From contig MU271306.1 in NCBI GenBank assembly GCA_021432655.1, forward strand, positions 62,001 through 98,846: a stretch of 36,846 bases of DNA, read 5' to 3'. The DNA is from Atractiella rhizophila (taxonomy: Eukaryota). Position numbers and translations under genes: made by a program. Positions 11,292-24,834 of the stretch are shown in pieces (position 1 is the stretch's first letter; each line of letters begins with the position of its first letter). The notes under the pieces were generated by a model that was not told where the DNA came from, ran no database searches, and worked only from the letters and a program-made list of their open reading frames with translations.

Positions 11292-14255
11292 TCACCGTGC
11301 TCCTCCTCCACATTGATTGACGCTCGGTGCTGCGGCTCCGTTACCTGACCAAGGATCCAGATAGTGACAATCTACATCCCGCATTTAAGCAAAGACAGAG
11401 GGGTCTAAAGAGTTTGGACGTACTGGGATTCTGAACATACCAACCCGCTTTGTCTTGGTCATTGTCCCATCCGTCAGGTTGGGTAAAGTTGTATCCAGAC
11501 GGAGAAGCTGTTGGAGTAGCATCCGGTTGAGTCACCACCTATCAGAGTACATCAGTGACATTCAGGGATTGAGAGGGATGAGTTTACGGATCCAGTTGGA
11601 GTGTAAGTAGGGAGGAGATTGGCATTTGGATAGCCCGTAATGCTTGTAGGTGGCCAAGTATCATAAGAGGCAGTCTCGCTGGCAATGAGGGTTCCAGCGC
11701 CGGGTCCTCCAGTCTGCCATCCACTGAAGGTTCCAGCCCATGGTTGGTTAGGGGCTGTGGCACCGTGAGCTGGTGGGTAGACCTGGCAAAATCCAACTGC
11801 ATCTCGTGGATTCTGAGGGATGTAGTTGTATTGCAGACCGAGAGAGTAGGACCAGAAGGGGTTGATGGGGGCGTTCGTAACAGTGGAGTTTCCGATCTGC
11901 AGATTTTACAATGAACAAAAAGAAAGCGTGAGAAGAGAGAAGCAAACCTTCCAAGTCCAAAAGAAGTAGTTTCCAGCCATATCCATGAAAGCAGAAGCAA
12001 CGTTCCTCAATCCGGTCTTGATCTCTTCAGAATAAACCTGGTAGTTGTCCCAGCCATCGCATGATCTGTCGCAAAGCGATTAGTCACGGAACCTTTAATA
12101 ATCAAAAGCGATACGAACCCTTGACGAACAGAAGAAGGCGATGACGAGAGCGTAGCTTCGTAGCGAGTGCCCTGTCCTACATTATTGATGTATTTACCGC
12201 AGTCATTGATGGCAAGGGACATCTCTCCCACAAAGCCGAAGCCGAAACGGGTGAAAGTATCATTGTAGAGATTTCCCCAAGTGACCTGTGACGAAATCAT
12301 TGAACCAGAGCCAGCGTTAAGGAGGAGCACATACGCAAGGAAGGTTAGCGTACTGCTCCAATGTGAGGTTCTGGTTAATGATGTCTGGGGTAAACTATTC
12401 GCTTCTCTCAATAGGCATCAACATTGAGAAGAGAAGGCTTACAGCAAAATAAGGGTGATGGTCCAAGAAAACTCTGTCACCACCGTCCAGGAAGCCAAAC
12501 CAATCATCTTGTCCCACGAAGCCGCGATCGATAACATAGGCAGGCCCATTTCCAGCGCCAAACCCCGTAATATCTCTAACCATCTTATATGTCGACAAGT
12601 GAAACTGCTTCATGACCTGGGTGCCAATCATGTCTGCCTTCGGTTCATTGAGAACCGAGAAGATCGGGATAAGTTGCTGTTCCATTTTACCTTCAGCTGA
12701 GCTACGTGAAGATCGCTAGGACGTACGGTGTATTGCGGCTGCGAGACGAATTCGGTGAGCGTTCGGATGTAACTTTGAGTTCTATAGTTTGCCTATCAGC
12801 TGCCTCCCCTTGCCCTTCCAGAGATACGCGCCGTTGGGCATTAGCAATTCCCTAGTCAAAATACCTCAGTATTTGCGAAATCATGATAGACCAATAGCGC
12901 ACCATAACACCCATCAAGAAGTTGACATTCCCCAACTGCAATATGATCTAAGCAAACTTGTGACGAAAACCTAAAACACACACCCTTCCAGAATGATTGT
13001 TTCCGTTTTGTGAGCCTACTCTCGCCATTACTCCTCCGTATTGAATGACAGCAATAGGTCTTACCAGGGACTGCGTGGAGGTCAAGGTTAACGCGAATGC
13101 CGTACTTTCTGCACCACTCAAAACCCTTCAAAACATCTATACAATTTTCATCAGTGGGGACTTGCAAGGGGAGAAGAAAACACAAACATTTCCATCCGAC
13201 GCGTTCGAGGAATGGCTCTCCGTCCCAAGTCTCGATAACCCACCAAGGGATAGGAATCCGAACCCAATTGAGCCCAGCAGCCGCGATGTCAGCGATGTCC
13301 TTCTCGGTCTAAGATAGGGAAACGATGGTGAGTAGCAATGCTCAGTCTGGAAGAAAAAGGCGCACAATAAACGTGTTGTAATGTTCCTCGATTACCTGTG
13401 CTTTCCTCTCTCCCAGAATTGTGGACAGGGTCCATTCGTCCACTGCTGCAGGATTGGAGTTTTCGTAAGGCTCAAAAAGGCCAGGAACAATGAAGGGTTC
13501 GATATTTATCCATCCTGTCCCAAAATGAACCTTTGTTCCTCCTCAAGGAATTTGTGACTAAGCATACCGCCAAGGTTGACACCGTTAATTCTGTACTTAG
13601 CGTAGTCCCTGCGCGACACTTGCCTCAGTATGGCATAGGAAAAGGTAGAGGGAAAAGTACCAAGTCTCATTGAGCGCAGGGACATCAGCTTGAGCCCTGG
13701 CGGTGTTGGAGAAGGGAACTGCGTCCCAAGTTCCGCCGTAGTTATTGACGTAAACAAAACTCGATCCATCGTCCATGATCATTTCAGAGTTATCCATTCC
13801 TGTTCCTCTCCAAGCTCCCGATTTTACAGAAGGATTCGTGGCTGCAAAAGTGCTTGAGGTACCATTCCCGCTGCTCCCCCCGTGCCCGTTGTTTCCTCCG
13901 CTTCCTTCGTTGCTAGAGCCTGAGTTATTCTTCGACGAAGACTTGTTGTTGTTCGATACGACTGTGCGCCTTCATCAGCGATATGTCAGATACAAGGAAA
14001 AAGGAGTCGCGAACCAATGCCCACGGGAATAGCGACTGCAGCAGCCACGACAAGGAGGACTCCAGCGATAATCCAGAGTTTCTTGTTGCTCTTTCGCGCC
14101 ACGTTCTGACCAGTGACTAGTCCCGTCTCTTCCTTGCCTTGTGAGTTGTATAACTTCATACCCGTCGTGCTTCCCCCTCCTGGACCCCCTCCGTACGTGG
14201 AGTCGCCTGGAGTAGACGGGTTGTAGTGTAGCGGCTGAGATTCGTGCGCTGACAT
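11292..14255 (-). CDS. Glycoside hydrolase family 5 exo-beta-1,3-glucanase, type II membrane-anchored (GH5_9/ExgD-like), multi-exon
   Basis: N-terminal TM helix (KLWIIAGVLLVVAAAVAIPVG) and an S/G-rich linker. Motifs: INGVNLGG, EPFIVPGLFE, VDEWTLS, AGLNWVRIPIPWW, KYGIRVNLDLHAVPG, catalytic NEP (12649-12641), FLDHHPYF, nucleophile VGEMSLAINDCG, FFWTWK. Stop at 11294-11292 after CGGGAR. Confidence 0.92.
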
Positions 14256-15194
14256 TTGGTGTAACTGAGATGTTGGAGGTATTAAAGAGTGAAAAACCTA
14301 TGAAGTAGATGAAAAATTCGAAAAGGAGCACCAGAAGACGATGGTCGTCCTTCTTGGAATCAACAGTCGGGATTTAGGGTTCCACACGCACGCCTTGGCA
14401 AGGCTGTACGTTGATGTTCGTTCCTTCATTCAGAGTTCATTATTGGGCCAGGGCAAACCTCGAAAGCTAGAAAGCAATCTATGTTACCCGCGCAAACATC
14501 GCGACAGTGTTGCAAGCACTCTTGAATACGTTGGCGTTCCCAAACAAAATCCGCGCCCGCAAAGCTTTCTTCCTGTGGGCTAGTGGGGTACTTGGTTGGA
14601 GAATTGGCCATTATTTGAGCCATAGTGGAAAGAAAGATGGTTGCCCCAGAGGTGAGTTCAGCTCTCTGGATCGACTGTTCATTTGCAACAACCATTTCAT
14701 CTCAAGCGCAGTTTGCATTGTTGTCCCATCTATCAGGATTCACTACAAATTGCCTCTTGTGGCTTTGGCAAATGCTTAAAAGAGTCAACCGTCTCTTCTT
14801 GTATTCATCAATGATACCAGCTAAAATTGCTTTCCACCTTTATTGAGACTTATGACATTATTTGTGAACAGAGGGAATCAGCAACTTCGTAGAGACCTTC
14901 AATCGAAAGTTATGTCTTTCAGATCAAGCAATCTCCTAGCGATATGAAGCAGGCCAAGTTTTGTATTTGTGGCCTGCTGGAGAACATCACTTTGCAGCTG
15001 AGTTCAATGAGTCGGGACCCTATGAACTGAACATAGTACATCTAGAGCTAGGGAAGCTATTGTCAAGATTTGCAATGCCACTTCGTTACTCACAGTCGTT
15101 CCTTTTCGAACGAACAAGAGGTCCTGACGAGCCGGGATTCGCACCTGTTGCAAATGGCCATAAATGAGGAATATTGATATATTGCTTAATGTAG

Positions 15195-16495
15195 GCACCA
15201 CGTACCTCGAAATTATCATGGAATTCGATACCTGCAGAGATTCTAGACCAGATGCTGGAGGAATTTATACGCATGTTACCAACCGACAAACTAGCTCCCG
15301 CGACAGACTCCTCATTCGGGAGAGGAGCCGTCTTAAACAACCTTCTACAAACGCACTTCGTTTCGTTGTCCCTCGTGTGTGTACATGTTTCCTACGTTAT
15401 ATTGTCAGCTTTGAAGCAACATATAGATCCACATCTTGGACAAGCCGCGTTCGAAAAATAGCCTTCCACTCAATTATAATTGATCTGCGTGCGAACGGGG
15501 TGCAAAAACTTACATATCCCTCAATATCCGTGTTCAACTCCGCACTTCAGAGATATTCCTGGTTGAGAAGCTGTATAGCTCAAGTCCACCTCATTTTCGA
15601 ATCGTCAGCCTCTCCGTCAGTCTTTGCACTAGTCCAACCGTGCTTGTCACGTTTGCCTGGGCTCCTAGAAGTCTGTCTGGAGTGCATCTGGAGTGGCAGA
15701 GGGCACACATTGAGATCGAACGATTGCTTATCAACCTTGGACGGTTTGAAACTCCAGAGGATTCGACTCCATGGTGGTCAAACCTATTTGATGGAAGCTC
15801 TTACTACCCTCCTCATATCGCAGCCAACCATCAATCTGGTTGAACTGAACTACGTTACCCTATCGTCGGCATCAAATCCCCCAACTGCTGGCGAACAAGT
15901 CGACTTGTCAGCTCCTTTGGACGGTCTCCGCACCTTAGAGCTCTATGGAATAGCTGACACAGCGGTGTCACTCCTGCTTTCGTGGGCAAACAACGTCCAG
16001 ACACTACGCTTAAGAACGAGAGACTCTCTTCAACTACCTAACAGTTTGGTTTTCCCTCACATGAAATCCTTGAATATTTTTTTCCTCAAAGAGGGTCGTT
16101 CGGGTTCGAGGGCGCATGAGAAGCCAGCAAATACCCTAGCTTCTCGTTGTCCCAACTTGAAATCACTTGTCGTCGGTGGAGATGGTTGGGATGGTGGTCT
16201 CTTCCAAAAATTACCTCAAGGACTACAAACTATTCAATTGAAAGTGTCGAGAAGGCAAAGAGACGTGATAACGCCGTCCATCATCCGAGAAACCTTTATT
16301 ACCAGTGATTTCCAGAAGAACAAGTTTCTGCCTATGCTAGATTGTTTGGCGATAACCGCGATGATAACCAGCTTTCCACAGGCAGTCCATGGGACGAAAC
16401 ACGTTCACGTATGGGTGCTTCAACAGGAAGGGCTCCAAAGGGATTTACTGGAATGCGGTAGGAAGTGGAGGAAATGTATAGTATCTGTTCTTTAG
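15195..16495 (+). CDS. F-box-like / LRR protein, copy A (true start upstream uncertain)
   Basis: The F-box SWNSIPAEILDQMLEEF lies in a different frame from the long ORF and joins it via an intron (~15377-15426) to give LSLVSTSWTSRVRK. The intron position matches that of the 9412 gene. LRR units: GLRTLEL, NVQTLRL, CPNLKSLVV. Confidence 0.75.
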
Positions 16496-16546
16496 CACAT
16501 TCGTAAATGGAGCTCGAGAGTCATTTTGAGGGCCAAACTGCCAGCA

Positions 16547-16900
16547 TTCCTTCGTTGCTAGAGCCTGAGTTATTCTTCGACGAAGACTTGTTGTTGTTCG
16601 ATACGACTGTGCGCCTTCATCAGCGATATGTCTGATACAAGGAAAAAGGAGTCGCGAACCAATGCCCACGGGAATAGCGACTGCAGCAGCCACGACAAGG
16701 AGGACTCCAGCGATAATCCAGAGTTTCTTGTTGCTCTTCCGCGCCACGTTCTGACCAGTGACTAGTCCCGTCTCTTCCTTGCCTTGTGAGTTGTATAACT
16801 TCATACCCGTCATGCTTCCTCCTCCTGGACCCCCTCCGTACGTGGAGTCGCCTGGAGTAGACGGGTTGTAGTGTAGCGGCTGGGATTCGTGCGCTGACAT
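16547..16900 (-). pseudogene. Truncated 5' duplicate of the GH5 gene (cytosolic N-terminus + TM anchor only)
   Basis: MSAHESQPLHY...AVAIPVG nearly identical to 13986-14255. It is cut at the duplication junction before the catalytic domain. Confidence 0.85.
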
Positions 16901-17845
16901 TTGGTGTAACTGAGATGTTGGGGGTATTAAAGAGTGAAAATCCTATGAAGTAGATGAAAAAAATCGGAAAGGAGCACCAGAAGACGATGGTCGTCCTTCT
17001 TGGAATCAACAGTTGGGATTTAGGGTTCCACACTACGCCTTGGCAAGGCTGTACGTTGATGTTCGTTCCTTCGTTAGTTCATTATGGACTAGGGCAAACC
17101 TATAGACAATCTGGAAAGCAATCTATGTTACCCGCGCAAACATTGCGACAGTGTTGCAAGCAGAGTTTTACTCATCTTGGACTCTTGAATACGTTAGCGT
17201 TCCTAAATAAAATCCGCGCCTGTAAAGCTTTCTTCCTGTGGGCTAGTGCTATACTTGGTTGGAGAATTGGCCATTATTTGAGCCATAGTGGAAAAGAGAG
17301 ATGGTTGCCCCAGAGGTGAGTTCAGCTCTCTGGATCGACTGTTCATTTGCAACACAATTTCATCTCAAGCGCAGCTTGTTGAACGTTTTTTGCATTGTTC
17401 TCCCATCTATCAGGATTCATTACAAATCGTCTCTTGTGGCAAATCCTTAAAAGAGTCAACCGTCTCTTCTTTTATTCATCAATGATACCAGCTAAAATTG
17501 CTTTCCACCTTCATTGAGACTTATGACATTATTTGTGAACAGAGGGAATCAGCAACTTCGTAGAGACCTTCAATCGAAAGTTATGTCTTTTAGATCCAGC
17601 AATCTCCTAGAGATATGAAGCTGGTCAAGTTTTGTATTTGTGGCCTGCTGGAGAACATCACTTTGCAGCTGAGGTCAATGATTCGGGACCCTATGAACTG
17701 AACTTAGTAGCTATTGTCAAGATTTGCAATGCCACTTCGTTACTCACAGTCGTCCCTTTTCGAACGAACCAGAGGTCCTGACGAGCCGGGATTCGCACCT
17801 GCAAATGGCCATAAATGATGAATATTGATATATTGCTTAATGTAG

Positions 17846-19146
17846 GCACCACTTACCGCGAAATTATCATGGAATTCGATACCTGCAGAGATTCTAGACC
17901 AGATACTGGAGGAATTTATACGCATGTTACCAACCGACAAACTAGCTCCCGCGACAGACTCCTCATTCGGGAGAGGAGCCGTCTTAAACAACCTTCTACA
18001 AACGCACTTCGTTTCGTTGTCCCTCGTGTGTGTACATGTTTCCTACGTTATATTGTCAGCTTTGAAGCAACATATAGATCCACATCTTGGACAAGCCGCG
18101 TTCGAAAAATAGCCTTCCACTCAATTATAATTGATCTGCGTGCGAACGGGGTGCAAAAACTTACATATCCCTCAATATCCGTGTTCAACTCCGCACTTCA
18201 GAGATATTCCTGGTTGAGAAGCTGTATAGCTCAAGTCCACCTCATTTTCGAATCGTCAGCCTCTCCGTCAGTCTTTGCACTAGTCCAACCGTGCTTGTCA
18301 CGTTTGCCTGGGCTCCTAGAAGTCTGTCTGGAGTGCATCTGGAGTGGCAGAGGGCACACATTGAGATCGAACGATTGCTTATCAACCTTGGACGGTTTGA
18401 AACTCCAGAGGATTCGACTCCATGGTGGTCAAACCTATTTGATGGAAGCTCTTACTACCCTCCTCATATCGCAGCCAACCATCAATCTGGTTGAACTGAA
18501 CTACGTTACCCTATCTTCGGCATCAAATCCCTCAACTGCTGGCGAACGAGTCGACTTGTCGGCTCCTTTGGACGGTCTCCGCACCTTAGAGCTCTATGGA
18601 ATAGCTGACACAGCGGTGTCACTCCTGCTTTCGTGGGCAAACAACGTCCAGACACTGCGCTTAAGAACGAGAGACTCTCTTCAACTACCTAACAGTTTGG
18701 TTTTCCCTCACATGAAATCCTTGAATATTTTTTTCCTCAAAGAGGGTCGTTCGGGTTCGAGGGCGCATGAGAAGCCAGCAAATACCCTAGCTTCTCGTTG
18801 TCCCAACTTGAAATCACTTGTCGTCGGTGGAGATGGTTGGGATGGTGGTCTCTTCCAAAAATTACCTCAAGGACTACAAACTATTCAATTGAAAGTGTCG
18901 AGAAGGCAAAGAGACGTGATAACGCCGTCCATCATCCGAGAAACCTTTATTACCAGTGATTTCCAGAAGAACAAGTTTCTGCCTATGCTAGATTGTTTGG
19001 CGATAACCGCGATGATAACCAGCTTTCCACAGGCAGTCCATGGGACGAAACACGTTCACGTATGGGTGCTTCAACAGGAAGGGCTCCAAAGGGATTTACT
19101 GGAATGCGGTAGGAAGTGGAGGAAATGTATAGTATCTGTTCTTTAG
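17846..19146 (+). CDS. F-box-like / LRR protein, copy B
   Basis: Almost identical to copy A, with few differences (e.g. PPTAGEQV vs PSTAGERV). Confidence 0.75.
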
Positions 19147-19489
19147 CACATTCGTAAATGGAGCTCGAGAGTCATTTTGAGGGCCAAACTGCCAGCTGTC
19201 TACATTCTGAGCAAACGAAGTTCATTTTCACAAGTTCATTTCCAAGACAAAGCGGACACAATACAACAAGCATCTCGAAGAGATACAATATTCACAAGTG
19301 TAGCAGCACAATAACATTTATCCCAAATATAAGCATACTGATCAAATTTTCTTCTCCTCTTGAAGCTTTTGAAGCGCCGCATTGGTCCTCAAGACGACCA
19401 TATTCTGTCAAACCATCGTCAGCTGATATATTTCCAACTATGTGAAGGGAAGCGGACCTGCAAGCTGACTTTTCCTTTCTGTTTCCTCT

Positions 19490-20002
19490 NNNNNNNNNNN
19501 NNNNNNNNNNNNNNNNNNNNNNNNNNNNNNNNNNNNNNNNNNNNNNNNNNNNNNNNNNNNNNNNNNNNNNNNNNNNNNNNNNNNNNNNNNNNNNNNNNNN
19601 NNNNNNNNNNNNNNNNNNNNNNNNNNNNNNNNNNNNNNNNNNNNNNNNNNNNNNNNNNNNNNNNNNNNNNNNNNNNNNNNNNNNNNNNNNNNNNNNNNNN
19701 NNNNNNNNNNNNNNNNNNNNNNNNNNNNNNNNNNNNNNNNNNNNNNNNNNNNNNNNNNNNNNNNNNNNNNNNNNNNNNNNNNNNNNNNNNNNNNNNNNNN
19801 NNNNNNNNNNNNNNNNNNNNNNNNNNNNNNNNNNNNNNNNNNNNNNNNNNNNNNNNNNNNNNNNNNNNNNNNNNNNNNNNNNNNNNNNNNNNNNNNNNNN
19901 NNNNNNNNNNNNNNNNNNNNNNNNNNNNNNNNNNNNNNNNNNNNNNNNNNNNNNNNNNNNNNNNNNNNNNNNNNNNNNNNNNNNNNNNNNNNNNNNNNNN
20001 NN
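19490..20002. other. Assembly gap (N run)
   Basis: Continuous run of Ns. Confidence 1.
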
Positions 20003-22350
20003 GCAACTCTGGCCTTCGTAAGAAAGGTCCAGGCAGGAGAGTAGAGAATAGCTTCCTTATACGTTCCTAACTCACTTTCTACGATAATTTCCTACCCTAG
20101 CTGCTTTCACTTCGGGAGTCTGGAAGGGAAGAATGTTGCGCTAGCGAGGCCGAGGTTGGAGAGAGGTCGAGCGCGTCGTAGCGCATGGGAGCGGCGGAGG
20201 AGACCGTGGTCGAAATGGAGGGCTGCTGGCTCGAGATAGTATAGGTGGCTCAGGTGTCCACGAGAGCTCGGGTTAGCGTTCAGGGAATGGGGTCGCGTCT
20301 AGGCCGGCTTGCACAACCCTGCCTGCTGCTCGTTTGTGGAATGTGGTCTCGTACACGCCTGGTCTCGCCTCTCAACCCGTGGACCGCACCGACGCAGACG
20401 ATAGTTCCTCCTCTTCCTAAGGCGGCGGTTCTACAAACCTTCCAACTGCCTTCCACCTGCTGGACGACAAGGCCTGTCGAAATCTCTAGTCTTCCGCTCT
20501 CCTCCCTCGTGCGGACGAGGACGACCATTCTGAGTCAACCTCTCCTACCGCTGAAGTTAGAGACGCTTCTCCCTGCGGCCACGCTTACCTTCACGTTCAC
20601 CTTCGTAACCGTTCTCCCAACTTCAACAGTTACTGAGAGGTCTACTTAATCTCTCGAGAAGAAGGCTAAGAAGGCAGAGACTCCTCCTGTCACCTGGACT
20701 CGTTCTTAAGCTCCTACGCCTCCTAAAGCTATCGCTATGACTTGGAAGCTGCGGAAGACAGTGCTTCTGACCCCGTCGTCTCCTGCTTCTCTTCTCCCAG
20801 CCGTGTGTCGAACCACCACCCTTGTAATGCTTAAACTCCTTTTTCTTCCCCTTTGGTAACCTGTTCGAGTGTAAGCTTCTGCAGCGAGATAGGGTTCTTC
20901 TGTAGCATGCGCTGTAGAGGCTGCAAGCTCATCGTGAGGTGGAGAAGGAGTTGAGAGCTTACTAGCTTCGGCTTCTGTAGACGAACAGGCGCCGTCTAGT
21001 GTCCGACATAAAGTCGCAGCCTAAGAGGGAGTAAGTTACGTATTTCAGAGAGTACTGGAAGCTTGGACTTCTAGATCTGCGCCGGTAAGTGTGGACAGCG
21101 CTAAGTCACTGGTAGTGGGTCGAGAACTCTTTCGCTCTGGTAAGCTGCTAGCTCAGAAAGCCAGCAAAGCAGTTTCCATGGAGGAGGCAGTTGTGGTAAG
21201 CTTTGTACTGGCAGCAGGTTGCTGTGCGGCTTGACCACATGCGGCTTACGCAGGAGGACTTTCGATAGGAGCCGTAGTAGATGAGCCCACTGAAAGAGCG
21301 GAAAGAATTCCTTCGAGAGTTGTACGCTTTGCGAATACGGTAAATAGCTGTTGAGCGGTCTAAGCAGCTACTCCGACTATTGCGACGGTTTCCGCCATTT
21401 CTGCTCCGCTAGCTGGTCCTGAAGGCAAGACCGCAGAAGGATCCGTTACCGGACTAGAGAGAGTAGGAGAGGGAGAATGGACCTTTCCAAAACTTCTACT
21501 ACCTCCAGAAACCAAAGTGGCCTCTCTCCCTCATACGCGAGTTCTGCAACTACTTTCGACCTCCAACCTACTTACCGTTCTTCCTCGGTAGCTACTTCCG
21601 CCTCCTCCTCCCTTAATCCTCTGTCTAAACACTATACCGAGATGAGAAAATAAAGGAGCAGTATAGGTGAATAGAAGGGACAGTGACCTCAGCTATAGCT
21701 CGAACGACTACGGTAAAACGTGATGTTGAACCGCTCTATAGGGGTTCCATGCAAGACAGTATATCTCCAGAGGGTTTGGACTACATGGGAAAAACGTCCG
21801 CAGAAGAAGGAAATAAAGGAGACCTGCAGAAATGCGATGAGCGTGCCTTTCACTCTCTCGACACTTTGTCAAGTTAAAACCGCTAGTTTCGAGTTTCTCC
21901 ATACGTTAGAAATAATATTAGGATGTGGGTGCTAGTACCATGAATAAAAAGTTAGATCTCATATAAGTTGACGTTGTGTAGACAGAAAACCCTGTACCGC
22001 GAGTGGTTGTACCGTTTGATGGTTAAGCGCAGGCGTATGCTAGTTGAGTTGTAAGAGCGATTCCTCAGCTTAACCAGCTTCGCTATATACGCATGCGGTT
22101 CCGTCATTACGAGATACTCTGCCTCTATTCCTTTTCCGGTGCCGGTATTACTTCTGGCAAGGGCTAAACTACGTCTCTTAGCGTCCTTCATCCACAGAAG
22201 CAAAGGTAGAGCTTATTTCGTGAGTACCGTTTGGCAACGTCTCTCGTAAGGAGAGCTTCATTCGACTTATAAAATGCTTCCAAATAGTTTGCCGACTTTA
22301 GCCCTATCTTTAAAGCAACGTGCTGCGAGTTTTTTCATGGAAGGTTTTAC
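20003..22350 (-). mobile_element. Decayed repeat or transposon-like sequence with TpA excess
   Basis: One minus-strand frame from ~21500 to the gap reads as an S/P/A-rich then R-rich protein interrupted by about 13 stops. TA dinucleotides look more frequent than in flanking genes. It abuts the gap. No diagnostic TE motif was recognised. Confidence 0.45.
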
Positions 22351-23768
22351 CTTTGGCAGAGTATACAGGACCCCATCTTAACCGAATACAGGAATTGACG
22401 GAGCCGTACCGGGGAGCAGCTCGTGAGAAACCTATCTTTCTTCCCTAACGAACTCCCTCCCGATGCTGAGACAGAGCTCTTCCGCGAGTCTCGCTTGAAA
22501 AGAGGCATTTTGATAAGGGTCGAGATTACGAAACGGGGTTGTTCAGGCTTGATAACTTGTCCACCAAATGTGTATTTGATGTGTCTGAAATGTCTGAAAT
22601 GCCGTATTGCCAAGTCCAAGCTTACGCAAGGGGACAGCGCAGGAAGTTATAGAGCAAGTGGCAGACGCAGAAGAGTCCCCGGATAGTGGCGAGTGAGTGA
22701 AATGAGGGGTAAAGCTGGGGTAAAATCACGAATCCAGAGTCAAGACAGGAAAAAGAGCGGAAGCAGCGGGCGGGTATGTCGGCGACGGCTTTCGTCCGCA
22801 TTGCCGTTTCCTGTGGACCCGTTTGCTGAGTTCGGATATTTTCAGTCACTTTCGACCCGTAGTTACTACACTGTCAGGATGATTGAGGTCTGGTAAAGAG
22901 GCTGTAAGGGTGGTCTGAAGCAATGGGTTTGAGCATCTTTGCCTGATACATGGGTGGTTGTCGTTTCACGAGCTAGGATCGGAGTAAATTGATAGCTCTG
23001 AGTAGCATAATATGAAATCTAACGCTCTTAGCGTCGCTCTGTCACTCATTCTGTGTACATTGAAGGACACACGCTGTATTTTGTGCTGCATACGCTGTCG
23101 AATGCTTTGTACCATGCCTCAGCTTCATTCGTCCTGCTCTCTGGAGTTCCACCATAAGTCAATCACTTGCATTCCCCCTTCAGATGAAATTCCATTAAAG
23201 GAACATGAACGAGGAGCAAACCCGTGATGCCAGCAAATATCAACAGCTCTGGAGAAAATGAACGCTACCCAGCATTGCTCGTCGCATCTGCGTATAGTTT
23301 CCTTCCAAAATGTAATCCCATGACTATGTATTCGGGATAGGGATAAAATTTTCCAACTTGATTATGACGGACTTCACTCTTCCTTCCCCTTGCAAGCATT
23401 AGGAGATCTATCTATAAACGTATTCAATTGAGATTATCATTCTCCTTGAAACCAATTTCATCCATATCCAAACTAATCTAGTCCTCCAGGAGGATCATGC
23501 AAAGACATCTGGACTGGACATCAACGTCAGGAAGGTCATGTAACTCAGCATGAATTCTTGGGAAGATTGCTCAAATGAGGTCTGTTCGGGACTTGAGCAT
23601 CTGATTTCTTGAATTTTCTGCCTTTTCAGAAATACGTCTGACTCTGATCTTATTGCGCGTAACTGAACACTTTCTGGACTGTGCTGGGTCTTTTGGAGTC
23701 TCATCCTTCAAGAAAGCGTGATGGATGCGGTTTCAATATTCTGACGGTCCAGGCAAGCATCCGTGCAA

Positions 23769-24078
23769 TTATTTCTTTTTATCGCAAACTTTTGTAAGCG
23801 CGCACACACTACCATGAATTTGTAAAAATGTGTCGATATGGTCGTCATATTCTTCTGGCATTTCGTTCATCAACCCTGTTATCGCGCTCCCAGCCCACCA
23901 TGGGGCACCTGGTGCCGCGTTGAAGCGAGATCCGACCCAGCGTACAGCTTCGTAGTGTCCTACCTGAAACCTCCAACGAATGCGGCAGAAATGCGGATCC
24001 TCTGGGATAACCATGTTGCCGACGCTTGGACTTGGTAATCCTGCTGGCGTAGAGCGGATGCAAATCAATCCGCGGCAT
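23769..24078 (-). pseudogene. Chimeric remnant fusing paralogues of the 28402 and 27042 genes
   Basis: MPRIDLHPLYASRITKSKR (compare MPWIDLHPLYTNKITKSKR at 28402) is joined out of frame to GNMVIPEDPHFCRIRWRFQVGHYEAVRWVGSR (compare GNMVIPHDPHFNRICWRLQAGHHEAIRWVGSR at ~27300). Confidence 0.7.
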
Positions 24079-24213
24079 TTCAATATTCGATATTCAACAT
24101 TCCGTCGTAAAAAAGTTTTGTCTGGAAATGTCGACATTTGCAGGTGTTGCTACCTCTTGAGAGCGGAGCATACTGGCAAGCTGGCTTCATGTCAGTTCCG
24201 CCAACCACTAGCC

Positions 24214-24311
24214 TTTGTCGCCTAGAGCTGTCAACCAAACTACTCAAGCTTCTCGAGTTTGTTTTGTCGCCTAGAGCTGTCAACCAAACTACTCAAGCTT
24301 CTCGAGTTTGT
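24214..24311. repeat. Exact 49-bp tandem repeat (2 copies)
   Basis: TTTGTCGCCTAGAGCTGTCAACCAAACTACTCAAGCTTCTCGAGTTTGT at 24214-24262 and 24263-24311. Confidence 0.95.
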
Positions 24312-24834
24312 CTTGGAAGCCTTGTAAGCCTGTTAACAGTTGGATAGAGTTCTTTGAGAGCTGTTCCTCTTGTCTTCAAGTTCCTTGTAACTTTGTTGCG
24401 CCCATTCATCTGGTTGATTCCAGCCTTTGTATGCGATCATTGTCTGCTTTTCAGCAAATATCGGTTTACTGCGTTCTCCTGGTTTGGTACAGGTCGTTAC
24501 TGTCAAATAAATTTGCAACCTAACCGATGGACACATTGATGCAGAGTGGTGAACTGGTGACAAATTGTCCGTCCGGCTATCTCTATTACTCCTATTGCCA
24601 ATAAACCCCAGCGAGCAAAATATCTAAATCTCCTGCACATGACGATTTAGAGGCTACTGTTCAGCATGTTTCGGGACTCTCATGCGAGCTCTTGAGGGAC
24701 GAATCGGTGGCTGTTGATGAGAGAACCGTAGAAGCAGCTTTCAACCTGCGACTGCAAGGTTGCTGTCCAAACGGTGCTTTCAATGATAATCAATAGCTCT
24801 TAAAAGTTCAAAATCGTGGGAAAGGGAATTCGTC

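Larger units (their letters stand above)
13902..19196. repeat. Near-identical tandem duplication, ~2.65-kb unit (13902-16545 / 16547-19196)
   Basis: Both units start TTCCTTCGTTGCTAGAGCCTGAG and end GGGCCAAACTGCCAGC. Each carries the GH5 5' end plus an F-box/LRR gene. Confidence 0.95.

Noticed and set aside
15164..15426. N-terminus of the 443-aa ORFs as given in the track
   Set aside because: The F-box is in another frame and joins via an intron, so the listed N-terminus is probably read-through.
19360..20070. ORFs spanning the N run
   Set aside because: Artefacts of the assembly gap.
22347..22619. MPLFKRDSRKSSVSASGG as the start of an intact gene
   Set aside because: The frame terminates quickly and the downstream sequence is stop-rich; at most a remnant.
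24214..24311. CRISPR-like repeat
   Set aside because: Only two directly adjacent copies, no spacers, eukaryotic context.
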